Shown here: positions 17,724 through 27,152 of the stretch, in pieces
Numbering within the stretch: position 1 is the first letter of the stretch
How the letters are laid out: every line of letters starts with the position of its first letter
The notes under the pieces: generated by a model
Told to the model about the DNA's origin: nothing
The model's input: the letters and a program-made list of their open reading frames with translations, nothing else
Databases searched by the model: none
Program-made: the position numbers and the translations under genes
Assembly (NCBI GenBank): GCA_963844965.1
Contig: CAWJQC010000007.1
Coordinates: forward strand, 192,001-256,000
DNA length: 64,000 nucleotides
Direction: 5' to 3'
Source of the DNA: an uncultured bacterium
Lineage (GTDB): Bacteria > Patescibacteriota > Minisyncoccia > UBA6257 > 2-01-FULL-56-20

Positions 17724-18215
17724 ATGGATTATCATCCGGTTACAAAGCAAATCACGGAACTTTTGCGGAGCAATAATTGCTGGTTTGAAACTTTTGAACA
17801 CGCGCCCGTCCGGACAAGCGAAGAAGCCGCGAGATTGAGGCCGGAGTTTTCTCTTCACCAGGGCGCGAAAGCGCTTATAGTGAAAACGGGAAGTTCGGGG
17901 AAAGAAACGAGGTTCGTGATGCTCGTTTTCCCAGCCGATCTCAGGTTCAACGCGAAAAAAGTGAAAGCAATGCTCGGCGTGAAAGAAATAAATTTCGCGA
18001 CCGAGGAGGAGGTCGGCGCCGCGACCGGCGGGATATTTGTCGGCGGCGTCCCGCCGTTCGGTAATCTGTTCAATCTGCCGGTTTTCGCCGACGAATCGCT
18101 TTTCGGGAATGAAAGAATGATTTTCAACGCCGGCGACAGGAGTTTCTCCGTGGCGATGCTACCCGCCGATTACAGAAAACTTGTCAATCCAACGGTTGGC
18201 AAGTTCGCGGAATAG
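17724..18215 (+). CDS. YbaK/ProX-type aminoacyl-tRNA deacylase
   Basis: GAKALIVK ... GGVPPFG motifs typical of YbaK/ProX editing domains. Confidence 0.7.
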   Translation: MDYHPVTKQITELLRSNNCWFETFEHAPVRTSEEAARLRPEFSLHQGAKALIVKTGSSGKETRFVMLVFPADLRFNAKKVKAMLGVKEINFATEEEVGAATGGIFVGGVPPFGNLFNLPVFADESLFGNERMIFNAGDRSFSVAMLPADYRKLVNPTVGKFAE

Positions 18216-18247
18216 ACGCTACGATTCGGCTTCAAACCGCCGCGTTC

Positions 18248-20188
18248 CTACGCGGTTTTCGGAGCAGCTGACTTTTCCGTAAGGACTTTTCTTATCTGCT
18301 CAACGCTTTCGGGGTTGGAGAGGGTGCTAAGGTCTCCGAGGTCCTCGCCACTTATGAGTTTCCTGAATATGCGCCGCATTATCTTTCCCGACCGCGTCTT
18401 CGGCAGGTCCTTCACGAGATAAACTTCTTTCGGCAGGAAAACGGGACCGACGCCTTTCTTCACGAGGTCGATCACTTCTTTCTTGGCTTCGTCCGGCGCG
18501 ATTTCCTTATTGTAGACGACGAACGCCACGGGCACTTCGCCTTTTATTTCGTCGGGCACGCCGATGACGGCGCATTCAATTATTTCTTCGGGAGCGTTGA
18601 TGATATTTTCCAGTTCGCCGGTTGAAACTCTGTGGCCGGCGACTTTGATGGCGTCGTCCACCCGCCCGACAACGCGTATCAGTCCGTTCTCGTCCTTGTA
18701 AGCGCCGTCGCTTGTGAGATAGATCTTGTCCCCGTACTGGCTCCAGTAGGTTTCCAAATATTTTTTCGGGTTCTTGTAAACGTCGCGCAGAAGTCCGGGA
18801 GCGAAGGGCGGAAGGATGACGAGGTTGCCGGTTTGTCCCGGCGGCAGCGATTCTCCTTTTTCGCCGAGGATGTCAAATTTCACGCCGGGGAAAGGCAAGC
18901 CGGTGAAGGTCGGTTTCATGGGACCGATCCCTGGCAGGGAAGTTATGAGGATGCCGCCGGTTTCCGTCTGCCACCAGGTGTCCAAAAGAGGACAGCGTTC
19001 GCCGCCGACTTCTTTGAAATACCAGAGCCAGGATGCCTCGTCTATAGGTTCGCCGACGGAACCCAGCACTTGAAGCGTCACAAGTTTGTGCTTGCGCACG
19101 ACTTCGGCGCCGTATTTTTCGAACATTCTAATGGCGGTCGGCGCCGTGTAGAAAGTGGTTACGCCGTATTTTTCTATGGTGTCGCACCATCTGTCGGGCG
19201 CCGGCCAGTCGGGACTTCCTTCGTAAATTATGAAAGTGACGCCGGCGAGGAGTGGGCCATAGCAGCTGTAGGTGTGGCCGGTGATCCAGCCGACGTCCGC
19301 CGTTGACCAGAAAATATCGTCTTCCTTGAGGTCAAAGATCCATTTGGCCGTGAAGTTCGCCTGGACGGCGTAGCCGCCGCAAACGTGGCAGCATCCCTTG
19401 GGCTTCCCCGTGCTCCCGGAGGTATAGAGGATGAACATCAGGTCTTCGCTATCCATCGCTTCGGCTTCGCAGGAATCACTTTCTCCTTTTACCGCGTCGC
19501 TCCACCAAAGGTCGCGGCCTTCGGCCCACTTCACTTCGTTCCCGGCACGCTTCACGACGACGACTTTTTTCACCTTGGTATCTTTCGCGCCTTCGTCGGC
19601 GGCGTCTTTGAGATTGACAACTTGTCCGCGCCGGTAGTAGCCGTCCGCAGTCACGAGAACTTCCGCTTCGCTGTCTTCAAGCCGCGCCTTGAGGGCATTC
19701 GGGCTGAAGGCGGAGAATACTACCGAGTGCACGGCGCCTATCCTTGCGCAGGCAAGCATGGAAATGAGCACCTCCGGGATCATCGGCAGATAAATGCCGA
19801 CGCAGTCGCCCTTTTTCACGCCGAGTTTTTTCAAGGCATTCGCGAATCTGCCGACTTCCCGTGAAAGTTCGTAATAAGTGAACACCCTTTCTCTTTCGCC
19901 CGTCGGTTCCGGTTCCCAGATGAAAGCGATCCTGTTCCCGTTTTTCTCCAGATGCCGGTCAATGGCGTTCAAGGTTATGTTTATTTTTCCGCCCTCAAAC
20001 CATTTGAAATAAGGTGGATTGTGAACGAAGGCCTTGTCCCACGTCTTGAGCCAGGAAAGCTCCTTCGCCAGCCCTTCCCAGAATTTAACCGGGTCCTTGA
20101 GCGCCTTTTTGTAAATGTTTTTGTCGTTTAACAAAGCTTTTTTTTGAAACTCCTCGTCCGGAAAATACAGACCTTCTTTTTTTATCAT
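18248..20188 (-). CDS. acs: acetyl-CoA synthetase (acetate--CoA ligase)
   Basis: 646 aa; AMP-binding motif YTSGSTGKPKG; end-to-end Acs-like pattern including PKTRSGKIMRR. Confidence 0.9.
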   Translation of the reverse strand: MIKKEGLYFPDEEFQKKALLNDKNIYKKALKDPVKFWEGLAKELSWLKTWDKAFVHNPPYFKWFEGGKINITLNAIDRHLEKNGNRIAFIWEPEPTGERERVFTYYELSREVGRFANALKKLGVKKGDCVGIYLPMIPEVLISMLACARIGAVHSVVFSAFSPNALKARLEDSEAEVLVTADGYYRRGQVVNLKDAADEGAKDTKVKKVVVVKRAGNEVKWAEGRDLWWSDAVKGESDSCEAEAMDSEDLMFILYTSGSTGKPKGCCHVCGGYAVQANFTAKWIFDLKEDDIFWSTADVGWITGHTYSCYGPLLAGVTFIIYEGSPDWPAPDRWCDTIEKYGVTTFYTAPTAIRMFEKYGAEVVRKHKLVTLQVLGSVGEPIDEASWLWYFKEVGGERCPLLDTWWQTETGGILITSLPGIGPMKPTFTGLPFPGVKFDILGEKGESLPPGQTGNLVILPPFAPGLLRDVYKNPKKYLETYWSQYGDKIYLTSDGAYKDENGLIRVVGRVDDAIKVAGHRVSTGELENIINAPEEIIECAVIGVPDEIKGEVPVAFVVYNKEIAPDEAKKEVIDLVKKGVGPVFLPKEVYLVKDLPKTRSGKIMRRIFRKLISGEDLGDLSTLSNPESVEQIRKVLTEKSAAPKTA

Positions 20189-20197
20189 TTTTATAAT

Positions 20198-20971
20198 TTA
20201 TAATTGTTCTTCAAATACCGGCCTTTCCGCACTGTAAAAAATTCCGAAAGGAATTTTGTCGCCGTACTCGCGCGCTTTTTCCGTGGCCATTGTGATGTCA
20301 TTTGTCGGGAATTTTTCGTCCAGCCAATAAATGCGCTTGCCGAAGTAATCACGCGTGTCGTTGAATGTGAGACAGGGCTGGACGATGTCTACGAAGGAAA
20401 ATCCTTTGTGAGCGATCGCCGCCTTCATTATTTCCTTTGTTCTTGCGATATCCGGAGCATAGGAGCGGGCAACGAACGTGGCGCCTACTGAGAGCATGAG
20501 GAGCAGGGGATTGAACGGTTCTTCAATCGTGCCCAAGGGAGTTGACCTGCCCCTGAATCCTTTTGGACTTGTCGGCGTCGCCTGGCCGGTCGTGAGAGCG
20601 AAGACCTGATTATCGTGGATGAAAAGATTCACATCGGAGTTCCGCCGCGCGGCGTGGACAAGATGATCCAGGCCTTCATCGTAGGAGTCGCCGTCGCCGC
20701 TGAAGCCGACTACCGTGAGCGCGGGATTCGCGGCCTTGATGCCGGTCATGGTCGGGACAAGGCGCCCATGGAGGGAAGTGAACGTGTTCATATTCAGATA
20801 ATCGGTAATTTTTCCGTGGCAGCCGATGCCGGAACAGGCGACGAAGTTCTCCGGCTTAGAATTTGCATTCACAAGTTCGGTCACCGCTTCGCGGAAGGCG
20901 ACGAGTATAGCGTTGTCCGGGCATCCCGGGCACCAGGTTATTTTCTCTTTTGTTGAAAGATTGAGGTCCAT
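20198..20971 (-). CDS. 2-oxoacid:ferredoxin oxidoreductase beta subunit (TPP-binding)
   Basis: WCPGCPD motif, TPP-binding GDGD region; paired with the alpha subunit at 22058-23779. Confidence 0.8.
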   Translation of the reverse strand: MDLNLSTKEKITWCPGCPDNAILVAFREAVTELVNANSKPENFVACSGIGCHGKITDYLNMNTFTSLHGRLVPTMTGIKAANPALTVVGFSGDGDSYDEGLDHLVHAARRNSDVNLFIHDNQVFALTTGQATPTSPKGFRGRSTPLGTIEEPFNPLLLMLSVGATFVARSYAPDIARTKEIMKAAIAHKGFSFVDIVQPCLTFNDTRDYFGKRIYWLDEKFPTNDITMATEKAREYGDKIPFGIFYSAERPVFEEQL

Positions 20972-20972
20972 G

Positions 20973-21407
20973 TTATTTTTGCGACATATATTTATCTAAA
21001 ATTTGTTTGCTCGGGAAGAAAATAGGCGAAGGAAGATTCTTTAGGTCAAACCACCTCCATTCCGTGATTTCGTCGGGTTCCGTCACTTTCGGTTCGCCCT
21101 CGGCGTTTTTATACAGGAACCCTATCGTCACGAAATGCGCGTCTTCAACGATATTGTTGGTCACGCTTATCGTTTCCAGTTTTTCTTTGGCGATTTTCAT
21201 TCCGGTTTCTTCCAGGGCTTCCCTGCAAACGCCGTCTTCCAGCGTTTCCTTGAAATTAAGTTTTCCGCCGGGCATCGTCCATGTTCCCTCGCCGTGCAAT
21301 TTACTGTCGGCTTTCGCCGGGTCAGCGTGTCTTTTGCCTAGAAGCACTTTGTTATTTTTTAGGATCATCACGCCGAAGCCGACGCCGGGCCTTTTTGCCT
21401 CTTCCAT
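20973..21407 (-). CDS. NUDIX hydrolase
   Basis: Nudix box GGKLNFKETLEDGVCREALEETG. Confidence 0.8.
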   Translation of the reverse strand: MEEAKRPGVGFGVMILKNNKVLLGKRHADPAKADSKLHGEGTWTMPGGKLNFKETLEDGVCREALEETGMKIAKEKLETISVTNNIVEDAHFVTIGFLYKNAEGEPKVTEPDEITEWRWFDLKNLPSPIFFPSKQILDKYMSQK

Positions 21408-21471
21408 GTTATTTAAAAATTTTATTTATATTTTCCTATTCGCGCGAATTAGAAAATAGGACCAATTTTGT

Positions 21472-21987
21472 TTATTTTAGAACTTTGTAATGGAGTTGTA
21501 TCTCGTCGGCGGACAATTTTTTGGTTTCAAGCAATTTCAATTTCATCTCAAAATTTTTTCCGCCGAAAAGATCAATTCCCTTGCCGAAAACGGCGGGTTC
21601 AATGTCCAGATAAATTTCGTCAATCAGGTTTTCCGCCGCGAACGAGGTATTCAGTGCTCCGCCGCCACCCAAAAGCGCTTCGCTCGTGCCGTCTTCCGCC
21701 AAAAGCGACAGTGCTTCGTGCGGCGACGTAGCCGCAAAGTGATTCGGCTGGCGAACTTCGTACGAGTTATCGTTAGTGACCACGATTATTTTAATGTTGC
21801 TGAAATTTTGAAATTCCCCGCTTTCTTCCATTAACTCATAAGTTCTTCGTCCAACGATGAGGTTACCAACTCTATTGACCATCGCTCGATAGTCATCCCA
21901 CCCTAAGGGCGAAATGAAGTTAACGTCGTCGTTCTCTCTGGCAATGAGGCCGTTCGGCGTTGTTGACATGTATAAAGTAACTTTCAT
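21472..21987 (-). CDS. dihydrofolate-reductase-like / RibD C-terminal domain reductase
   Basis: MKVTLYMSTTPNGLIA start and glycine-rich NADPH region typical of the RibD_C family. Confidence 0.6.
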   Translation of the reverse strand: MKVTLYMSTTPNGLIARENDDVNFISPLGWDDYRAMVNRVGNLIVGRRTYELMEESGEFQNFSNIKIIVVTNDNSYEVRQPNHFAATSPHEALSLLAEDGTSEALLGGGGALNTSFAAENLIDEIYLDIEPAVFGKGIDLFGGKNFEMKLKLLETKKLSADEIQLHYKVLK

Positions 21988-22057
21988 GATTTCATTTTAA
22001 TTTGCATGGTGATTCTTCGTCCGCCTGAGGTGGACTCAGAATGACTTTATTTATTGG

Positions 22058-23779
22058 CTAAAGTATCGCATTAAGTTCTTTCGCGAGTTCAAGGGTGTCA
22101 AACGGCATTGAATCATAGCGCAGGATTTTGTCGCTTACGGCGATGCCGGTTTTTTCGCGGATTAACATGGCAAGCTGCCCCAAGCGGTTCGCTTCCACGT
22201 CTATGGTTTTTTCGGCGCCTTTGAACTCTTCCGCTACTTTTTCCGTATCAAACGGCACAAGCCAGAGAATTTGCACGAGCTTCGCCGGTTTGTTCAGATG
22301 TTTCGCGGCTTCAAGCACCGCGCCCTTAGTTGAGCCCCAGAAAACAATCACGTTTTTGCTTTTTGCGTCGCCGTAAACTTTTACCGCGGCGGCATGTTTC
22401 ATTTCGTGCTTGATCCCGGCGGCCTTGGCGAATCGCTTATCGGCCATCGCTTTTACAAGTTCGGGCTCGTCGGTTGTTATTCCGTTCTCGCCGTGCTCGT
22501 AGCTGTCGGCTTTGACGATGGCGCCGGGCGTGCCCGGGAAAGCCATCGGCGAAACGCCGCTTTCTGTTATGGCATAGCGGTGGTAGCCGTCTTCCGTGGT
22601 GCGTAGGATTTCGCCGTTTTCAACTTTGATTTTGCCTGCGTCCAGTTTCGCCGTTGATAAGCTTTCGGAAATCTGCTTGTCCAAAAGCACGATTGCCGGA
22701 AGCTGATATTTCCAGGCAAGATTCAGTGCCGCTGCACCGCATTCAAACGCTTCTTCCGCATCACCGGGTGCAATAACTATGCGCGGGAATTCTCCGTGGC
22801 CTGCGTGCATAGCGAATTGCAGATCTCCTTGTGCGGTGTGCGTGGGAACACCCGTAGCCGGCGCCTGCCGCTGCGAGAGCGCGACGACAATAGGCGTCTC
22901 CGACATTCCCGCCAGACTGAATGCTTCCTGCATCAGGGCGAAACCGCCGCCAGCGGTGCCGATAGCAGCGCGTTTGCCGGCATAAGCCATGCCTAAGGCC
23001 ATATTGATAACTGCGAGTTCATTTTCCGGCTGGATGACTTTTATATTGAAATTTTTCTGGTTCCTCGCGAGGTGGGTAAGGATGGAAGACGACGGCGTCA
23101 TCGGGTAGGCGAGATAGAAATTAAGTCCGGCGGCCACGAGCCCGTTAGCAAAAGCAGCGTTGCCCTCAATAAGTTCCTTTTTGTCGTAAACTTTTTCCCT
23201 ATACAGCTGCTTCGGATGCCTGAAGCCGAGTTTTTGCATGAACTCGTATCCCATCTTGGCGAGCGTGATGTTGGCCTCATACCCTTTTTCCTTGAATACG
23301 AGTCGCAGTCGCTCAATCATAATTTCAAGCGGCAGGTCTAGGAGATAGCAAGTCGCGCCCAAGGCAACGGAGTTGCGCATGATCGGCAGTGCGTTTATCT
23401 CTTTGGCGAAGGCTGACATCGGCAGTTCCACGGCGTGCGCGCCGAGTTTGGCTTTGTCCTCGTCCTCAAAACTATCGGCAAAAATCACGCCGCCTTCGGC
23501 GAGCTCCTTCATGTGAAATTTCACAGTTTCCTCGTTCAAGGCGACCACGGTGTCCAAATTGGAATAATCGCTCCAGATCTTTTCTTTGGAAAAACTTATG
23601 CGGCTTGAGTTGTGCCCTCCGCGGATGAGCGATGGGTAGTCAACCGACAAAAAAACATCGTAGCCAACCTTGCCGAGGAGTTGTCCCAGACTTATGCCGG
23701 CTTCGCGAACGCCGTCGCCGGCCGCTCCGCCGATAAGCACGGTGTGGATCTGTTTGTGCAGACGATGCGGTTTGAGCAT
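22058..23779 (-). CDS. 2-oxoacid:ferredoxin oxidoreductase alpha subunit
   Basis: 573 aa; KorA/PorA-like domain order (gamma-like N-terminus, pyrimidine-binding alpha domain); adjacent to the beta subunit and acs. Confidence 0.8.
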   Translation of the reverse strand: MLKPHRLHKQIHTVLIGGAAGDGVREAGISLGQLLGKVGYDVFLSVDYPSLIRGGHNSSRISFSKEKIWSDYSNLDTVVALNEETVKFHMKELAEGGVIFADSFEDEDKAKLGAHAVELPMSAFAKEINALPIMRNSVALGATCYLLDLPLEIMIERLRLVFKEKGYEANITLAKMGYEFMQKLGFRHPKQLYREKVYDKKELIEGNAAFANGLVAAGLNFYLAYPMTPSSSILTHLARNQKNFNIKVIQPENELAVINMALGMAYAGKRAAIGTAGGGFALMQEAFSLAGMSETPIVVALSQRQAPATGVPTHTAQGDLQFAMHAGHGEFPRIVIAPGDAEEAFECGAAALNLAWKYQLPAIVLLDKQISESLSTAKLDAGKIKVENGEILRTTEDGYHRYAITESGVSPMAFPGTPGAIVKADSYEHGENGITTDEPELVKAMADKRFAKAAGIKHEMKHAAAVKVYGDAKSKNVIVFWGSTKGAVLEAAKHLNKPAKLVQILWLVPFDTEKVAEEFKGAEKTIDVEANRLGQLAMLIREKTGIAVSDKILRYDSMPFDTLELAKELNAIL

Positions 23780-23847
23780 TTTATAATTGTAGCACGAATT
23801 GGATTTAATTTTTGAAAAAGAAAATCCCTGCGAAAGCCGTGGGGTAT

Positions 23848-24609
23848 TTAGTTCGTGGCGTACTTCAAAATTAGCGATAATGCCTCATACCAGCTCGCCG
23901 CTGCTTTGACTGGATATTTGCGGCCCAATTCGGCCAGCATGATACCAGCGATGCAACCGTCGGTGACGACTATTCCTCCGGAATCTCCTGGGACAGCCTC
24001 CACGTCACAGAGCGTAGTTCGCAATTCTCTGCCGTGGTCGTTCGTTTCGTGCGTTTCTATCGTGAACCCGCCCCTCACAACGATTGAGCCGTTCCTTCTC
24101 GTCAATAAGACCACCGGTTTCTTGTGGGACTTGGAAAAAGTGTCCGTTTGCATGAAGCGGTAAAGTTTCGCGTCCGCCAGACCTTCAAGTTCGGCTTTGG
24201 CAAGAGCAATATCCGCCTTTTCATCCTTGATGCAGACGCGCGATATGCGGGCGACCCTTCCCGAGTGCATCCTTATCTTCTCGTTCGTGATGTCTTTTGC
24301 GACGCAATGTGCGGCAGTTATGAAATAACCGTTCTCGGTTATGAGAAATCCATTACCGCGGTGAGTTCCGTTTTCACAGAGCAGTTCCACTACGCCGTTT
24401 TCCACCAGTTGCTGGGCTTCGCCGACCGAGAGAGCTTCGCCGTAATAAAAGTTTTGCGTGAATTTCAACAGCGCGGCTCTGTCTTCGTCGCTCTTTTTCT
24501 CGGAACGAAGCTTTCTTGCGAGCAAGGCAAGCCAATTTTTCAAGATTGCCACCTCCTGTATCCGCCGTGTTCTGTTGCGAAGTATAATGTCGTTACAATC
24601 AACTTGCAA
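23848..24609 (-). CDS. trypsin-like (S1 family) serine protease
   Basis: Catalytic His in TAAHC, Asp, and Ser in GDSGG. Confidence 0.8.
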   Translation of the reverse strand: MQVDCNDIILRNRTRRIQEVAILKNWLALLARKLRSEKKSDEDRAALLKFTQNFYYGEALSVGEAQQLVENGVVELLCENGTHRGNGFLITENGYFITAAHCVAKDITNEKIRMHSGRVARISRVCIKDEKADIALAKAELEGLADAKLYRFMQTDTFSKSHKKPVVLLTRRNGSIVVRGGFTIETHETNDHGRELRTTLCDVEAVPGDSGGIVVTDGCIAGIMLAELGRKYPVKAAASWYEALSLILKYATN

Positions 24610-24654
24610 GCGTATATGCGCCAGCGATTATTTGACCCGCTCCGCCGCAAGCCC

Positions 24655-25200
24655 CGGCCTTTAGGCCGAGGATAAGGCGACCCCGTAGCCCCGAGCGAAG
24701 CGAGGGGCGGAGGGCTTATTTGCCTGTTCCCACTGGTTTCTGCCGGTGCGATAATGAAGATAATGCCCTCTGGATTCTGGCCAAGCAACCACAGCTATAC
24801 GCGATGTTTGTACCACGTTGTTTTCTGCCCAAAGTACCGCCGCTCGATACTGCGAGGGGACATGGTCGGGCGACTCAAGACATTGTTCTTTCAAGCCGCC
24901 AAGATGAATAAATGGTTCATCCATGAAGCGCAGATAATGCCCGACCATGTCCATCTATTGCTTCAAATTCCTGCTACCCTGACGGTTGCCAAAGCGGTGT
25001 TTTATCTCAAAGGCGGTACGTCCAGGGCTGTCAGAAAAGAATTTCCCGAGCTGGAAGAATTCCTCTGGGGAGACAGCTTGTGGCAGGATGGTTACTTTGC
25101 CGAAACCGTTGGCCGTCAAAACGAAAAAGCGATGAGAGAATATATCAGAAACCAGTGGGAACAGGAGCCGAACACAAGCCGCGGGCTTTAGCCCGCGGTG
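24655..25200 (+). mobile_element. IS200/IS605-family element (tnpA only) bounded by perfect 20-bp inverted repeats and GC-rich hairpins
   Basis: cctgttcccactggtttctg at 24723-24742 and its exact reverse complement at 25146-25165; hairpins at 24688-24708 and 25176-25199. Confidence 0.7.
24754..25191 (+). CDS. tnpA: IS200/IS605 Y1 (HUH) transposase TnpA / RAYT-like
   Basis: YHVVFCPKYRR N-terminus, HUH motif HVHLLL, catalytic Tyr region; 145 aa. Confidence 0.85.
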   Translation: MKIMPSGFWPSNHSYTRCLYHVVFCPKYRRSILRGDMVGRLKTLFFQAAKMNKWFIHEAQIMPDHVHLLLQIPATLTVAKAVFYLKGGTSRAVRKEFPELEEFLWGDSLWQDGYFAETVGRQNEKAMREYIRNQWEQEPNTSRGL

Positions 25201-25270
25201 ATTGACAATTGTAAAAGAGGCATGTTACAAGGTAGGAAGTTCGCCCACACCGTTCAGTGGGAGGTACGAA

Positions 25271-25573
25271 ATGACCATAACCGAAGAAGATTTCATGGTT
25301 GGAGACACCGTGGAGTGGAAAGGAGATGAATCCCTGCCAGAGGAAGATGACAGGGAAAATATCAAGCTCCTCAAGAAGCTTTTCGGCCCCGGACCATTTT
25401 CTGTAAGAAGAACTGCGCCGATAGAGAACGATGAAGCAATTCATACCAGGCATCACCAGTTTTTGGAATTAAGTGATGCTACCGGAGAAACGGTGAACCG
25501 CCTGGATTTGGGCATAGGCGGTAAGCTTTCAGGTTTTTGGTTCGTGAAGGTTTCTTCGGCCAAGCCAAACTAA
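25271..25573 (+). CDS. hypothetical small acidic protein
   Basis: ORF with Shine-Dalgarno-like context; no domain recognised. Confidence 0.3.
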   Translation: MTITEEDFMVGDTVEWKGDESLPEEDDRENIKLLKKLFGPGPFSVRRTAPIENDEAIHTRHHQFLELSDATGETVNRLDLGIGGKLSGFWFVKVSSAKPN

Positions 25574-25582
25574 GAATAAACA

Positions 25583-25615
25583 AGCCGCTACGCAATCGCG
25601 TGGACGGCTTTTTAT
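25583..25615 (+). terminator. rho-independent terminator
   Basis: agccg...cggct hairpin followed by TTTTTATTTTT. Confidence 0.5.
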
Positions 25616-25725
25616 TTTTAACTACTTTTTGCCAATTGCGCAGCAAGAGGCGCCGGAGTTTTTGGCGGGAGTGGAAATAAAAACAAGCTGCCGGTCTGTC
25701 CGGCAGCAATTGAATTTTTCTTAAA

Positions 25726-26271
25726 TCACTTTACGTTTCTGATGAGCGCGTAAGCGGCGAGGCCGCCCACGAGAGCTGTGAAAAGCTGGGGCCAGCCCAT
25801 CATCGCGAGCAGGGCAGGGGGAATCTTTACGGGGAGAATTTTGGAGATTAGGAAGTAGGCAGCTCCGTAGAGCAGGGTGAATTTGAGGAGTGCGGCGAGG
25901 CCGATACCGAGAATGGCGTTTTTCCGGCGGGCATAATGAAAAATGACAATGAGAATGGTATTTCCCAGCATTATGAAAGGAATCATAGGCGCGAGCGGTG
26001 CGGGCAAAGTTCCGCTCGCGAAAGCAATGACGCTCGGTACGAGTCCCAAGAGTATTGCGCCCGCGGGGCCGAGGATAACGGTCGCGGCAAAAAGAGCGGC
26101 ATTAACAAAAGTTCCCGTTACGGCCTGACTGTGAATTGCGAGTGGCGCCAAAACCGTCGCTGCGAGAAGTGCGAGAAATATTGAAATCTTAGTGGGAACG
26201 TTTAACGAGAGCGCATATGATTCCATTGATTTAATTTTAGATGATGGAAGCCGGAAAATCAACGGCAACAT
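25726..26271 (-). CDS. integral membrane protein (ECF-transporter S-component-like)
   Basis: Five to six hydrophobic helices, small size; family uncertain. Confidence 0.45.
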   Translation of the reverse strand: MLPLIFRLPSSKIKSMESYALSLNVPTKISIFLALLAATVLAPLAIHSQAVTGTFVNAALFAATVILGPAGAILLGLVPSVIAFASGTLPAPLAPMIPFIMLGNTILIVIFHYARRKNAILGIGLAALLKFTLLYGAAYFLISKILPVKIPPALLAMMGWPQLFTALVGGLAAYALIRNVK

Positions 26272-26323
26272 TTCGGAATTTAGAATTGGCGGCTGTTTGT
26301 GTTAAAATCATATAAAACAAACC

Positions 26324-27112
26324 ATGAATGAAGTCGCCAAACTTATTGAACTTTTAAACAATAAAGCGAAGCTCACCGCTATGCTCGCTCCGTCGTTTCC
26401 GGTTATGTATGAGTATCCGCAAATCATCGGCAGGCTGAGGCAGTTGGGTTTTTCGCATGTTGTTGAAGTCGCGGCGGGCGCTAAAAGAACAAACGAGGCG
26501 GTCGTGAAGTTGCTGCGGGATGACCCTAAGTCGCGATTCATCACGAGTCCATGTCCGAGTTTTGTGCGTCTCGTGAGGACCAAACATCCGCAGCTTCTGC
26601 CGTACCTTGCGTTCAAGGCCGATTCGCCGATGGTCGCGACCGCGCGTATCGTGAAAGAAAAATTTCCCGACTGCCAGCCGGTTTTTATCGGTCCCTGCAT
26701 CGCCAAGAAACTTGAGGCCTCGGAGGATTATCCGGAACTCAATATTTTAGTCATAACCTACAGAGAGCTTGAGGTGGTTTTCAATACGTTCCATGTGGGG
26801 AATGCGGTTGCTCGGGTAGATGGTGGGTTTGACATCGCGGAACAGGGGACGCGCATTTATCCGACTGACGGCGGGCTCACGGAATCGAGCGGTGCGAGGA
26901 GTATTCTCGAGGACGAGGAAATAAGAATCGTTTCCGGATGGAAGAATTGCGAAGCGGCTCTCGCAGAATTTGAAAAAAATCCAAAAATTCGGCTGCTTGA
27001 TATTTTATTCTGCGAAGGCGGGTGCATCATGGGGCCGGGAATAGTAAGCGCCTTGCCGCTTGAGGAGCGCAAAAAGAAAATTATGGAGTTTTCGGCGAGA
27101 AGAGATTCATGA
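26324..27112 (+). CDS. [FeFe]-hydrogenase-like protein (H-cluster domain only; TSPCP variant of motif L1)
   Basis: Motifs TSPCPSF (L1-like), GPCIAKKLE (L2), CEGGCIMGPG (L3); no N-terminal ferredoxin domains. Confidence 0.6.
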   Translation: MNEVAKLIELLNNKAKLTAMLAPSFPVMYEYPQIIGRLRQLGFSHVVEVAAGAKRTNEAVVKLLRDDPKSRFITSPCPSFVRLVRTKHPQLLPYLAFKADSPMVATARIVKEKFPDCQPVFIGPCIAKKLEASEDYPELNILVITYRELEVVFNTFHVGNAVARVDGGFDIAEQGTRIYPTDGGLTESSGARSILEDEEIRIVSGWKNCEAALAEFEKNPKIRLLDILFCEGGCIMGPGIVSALPLEERKKKIMEFSARRDS

Positions 27113-27152
27113 TTGGAAAAATTTGCGGAAAAGCGGGAGAATGGGGATATTA

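Noticed and set aside
18632-19864. Plus-strand ORFs (224 and 159 aa) inside acs.
   Set aside because: Antisense to a clearly conserved acetyl-CoA synthetase gene.
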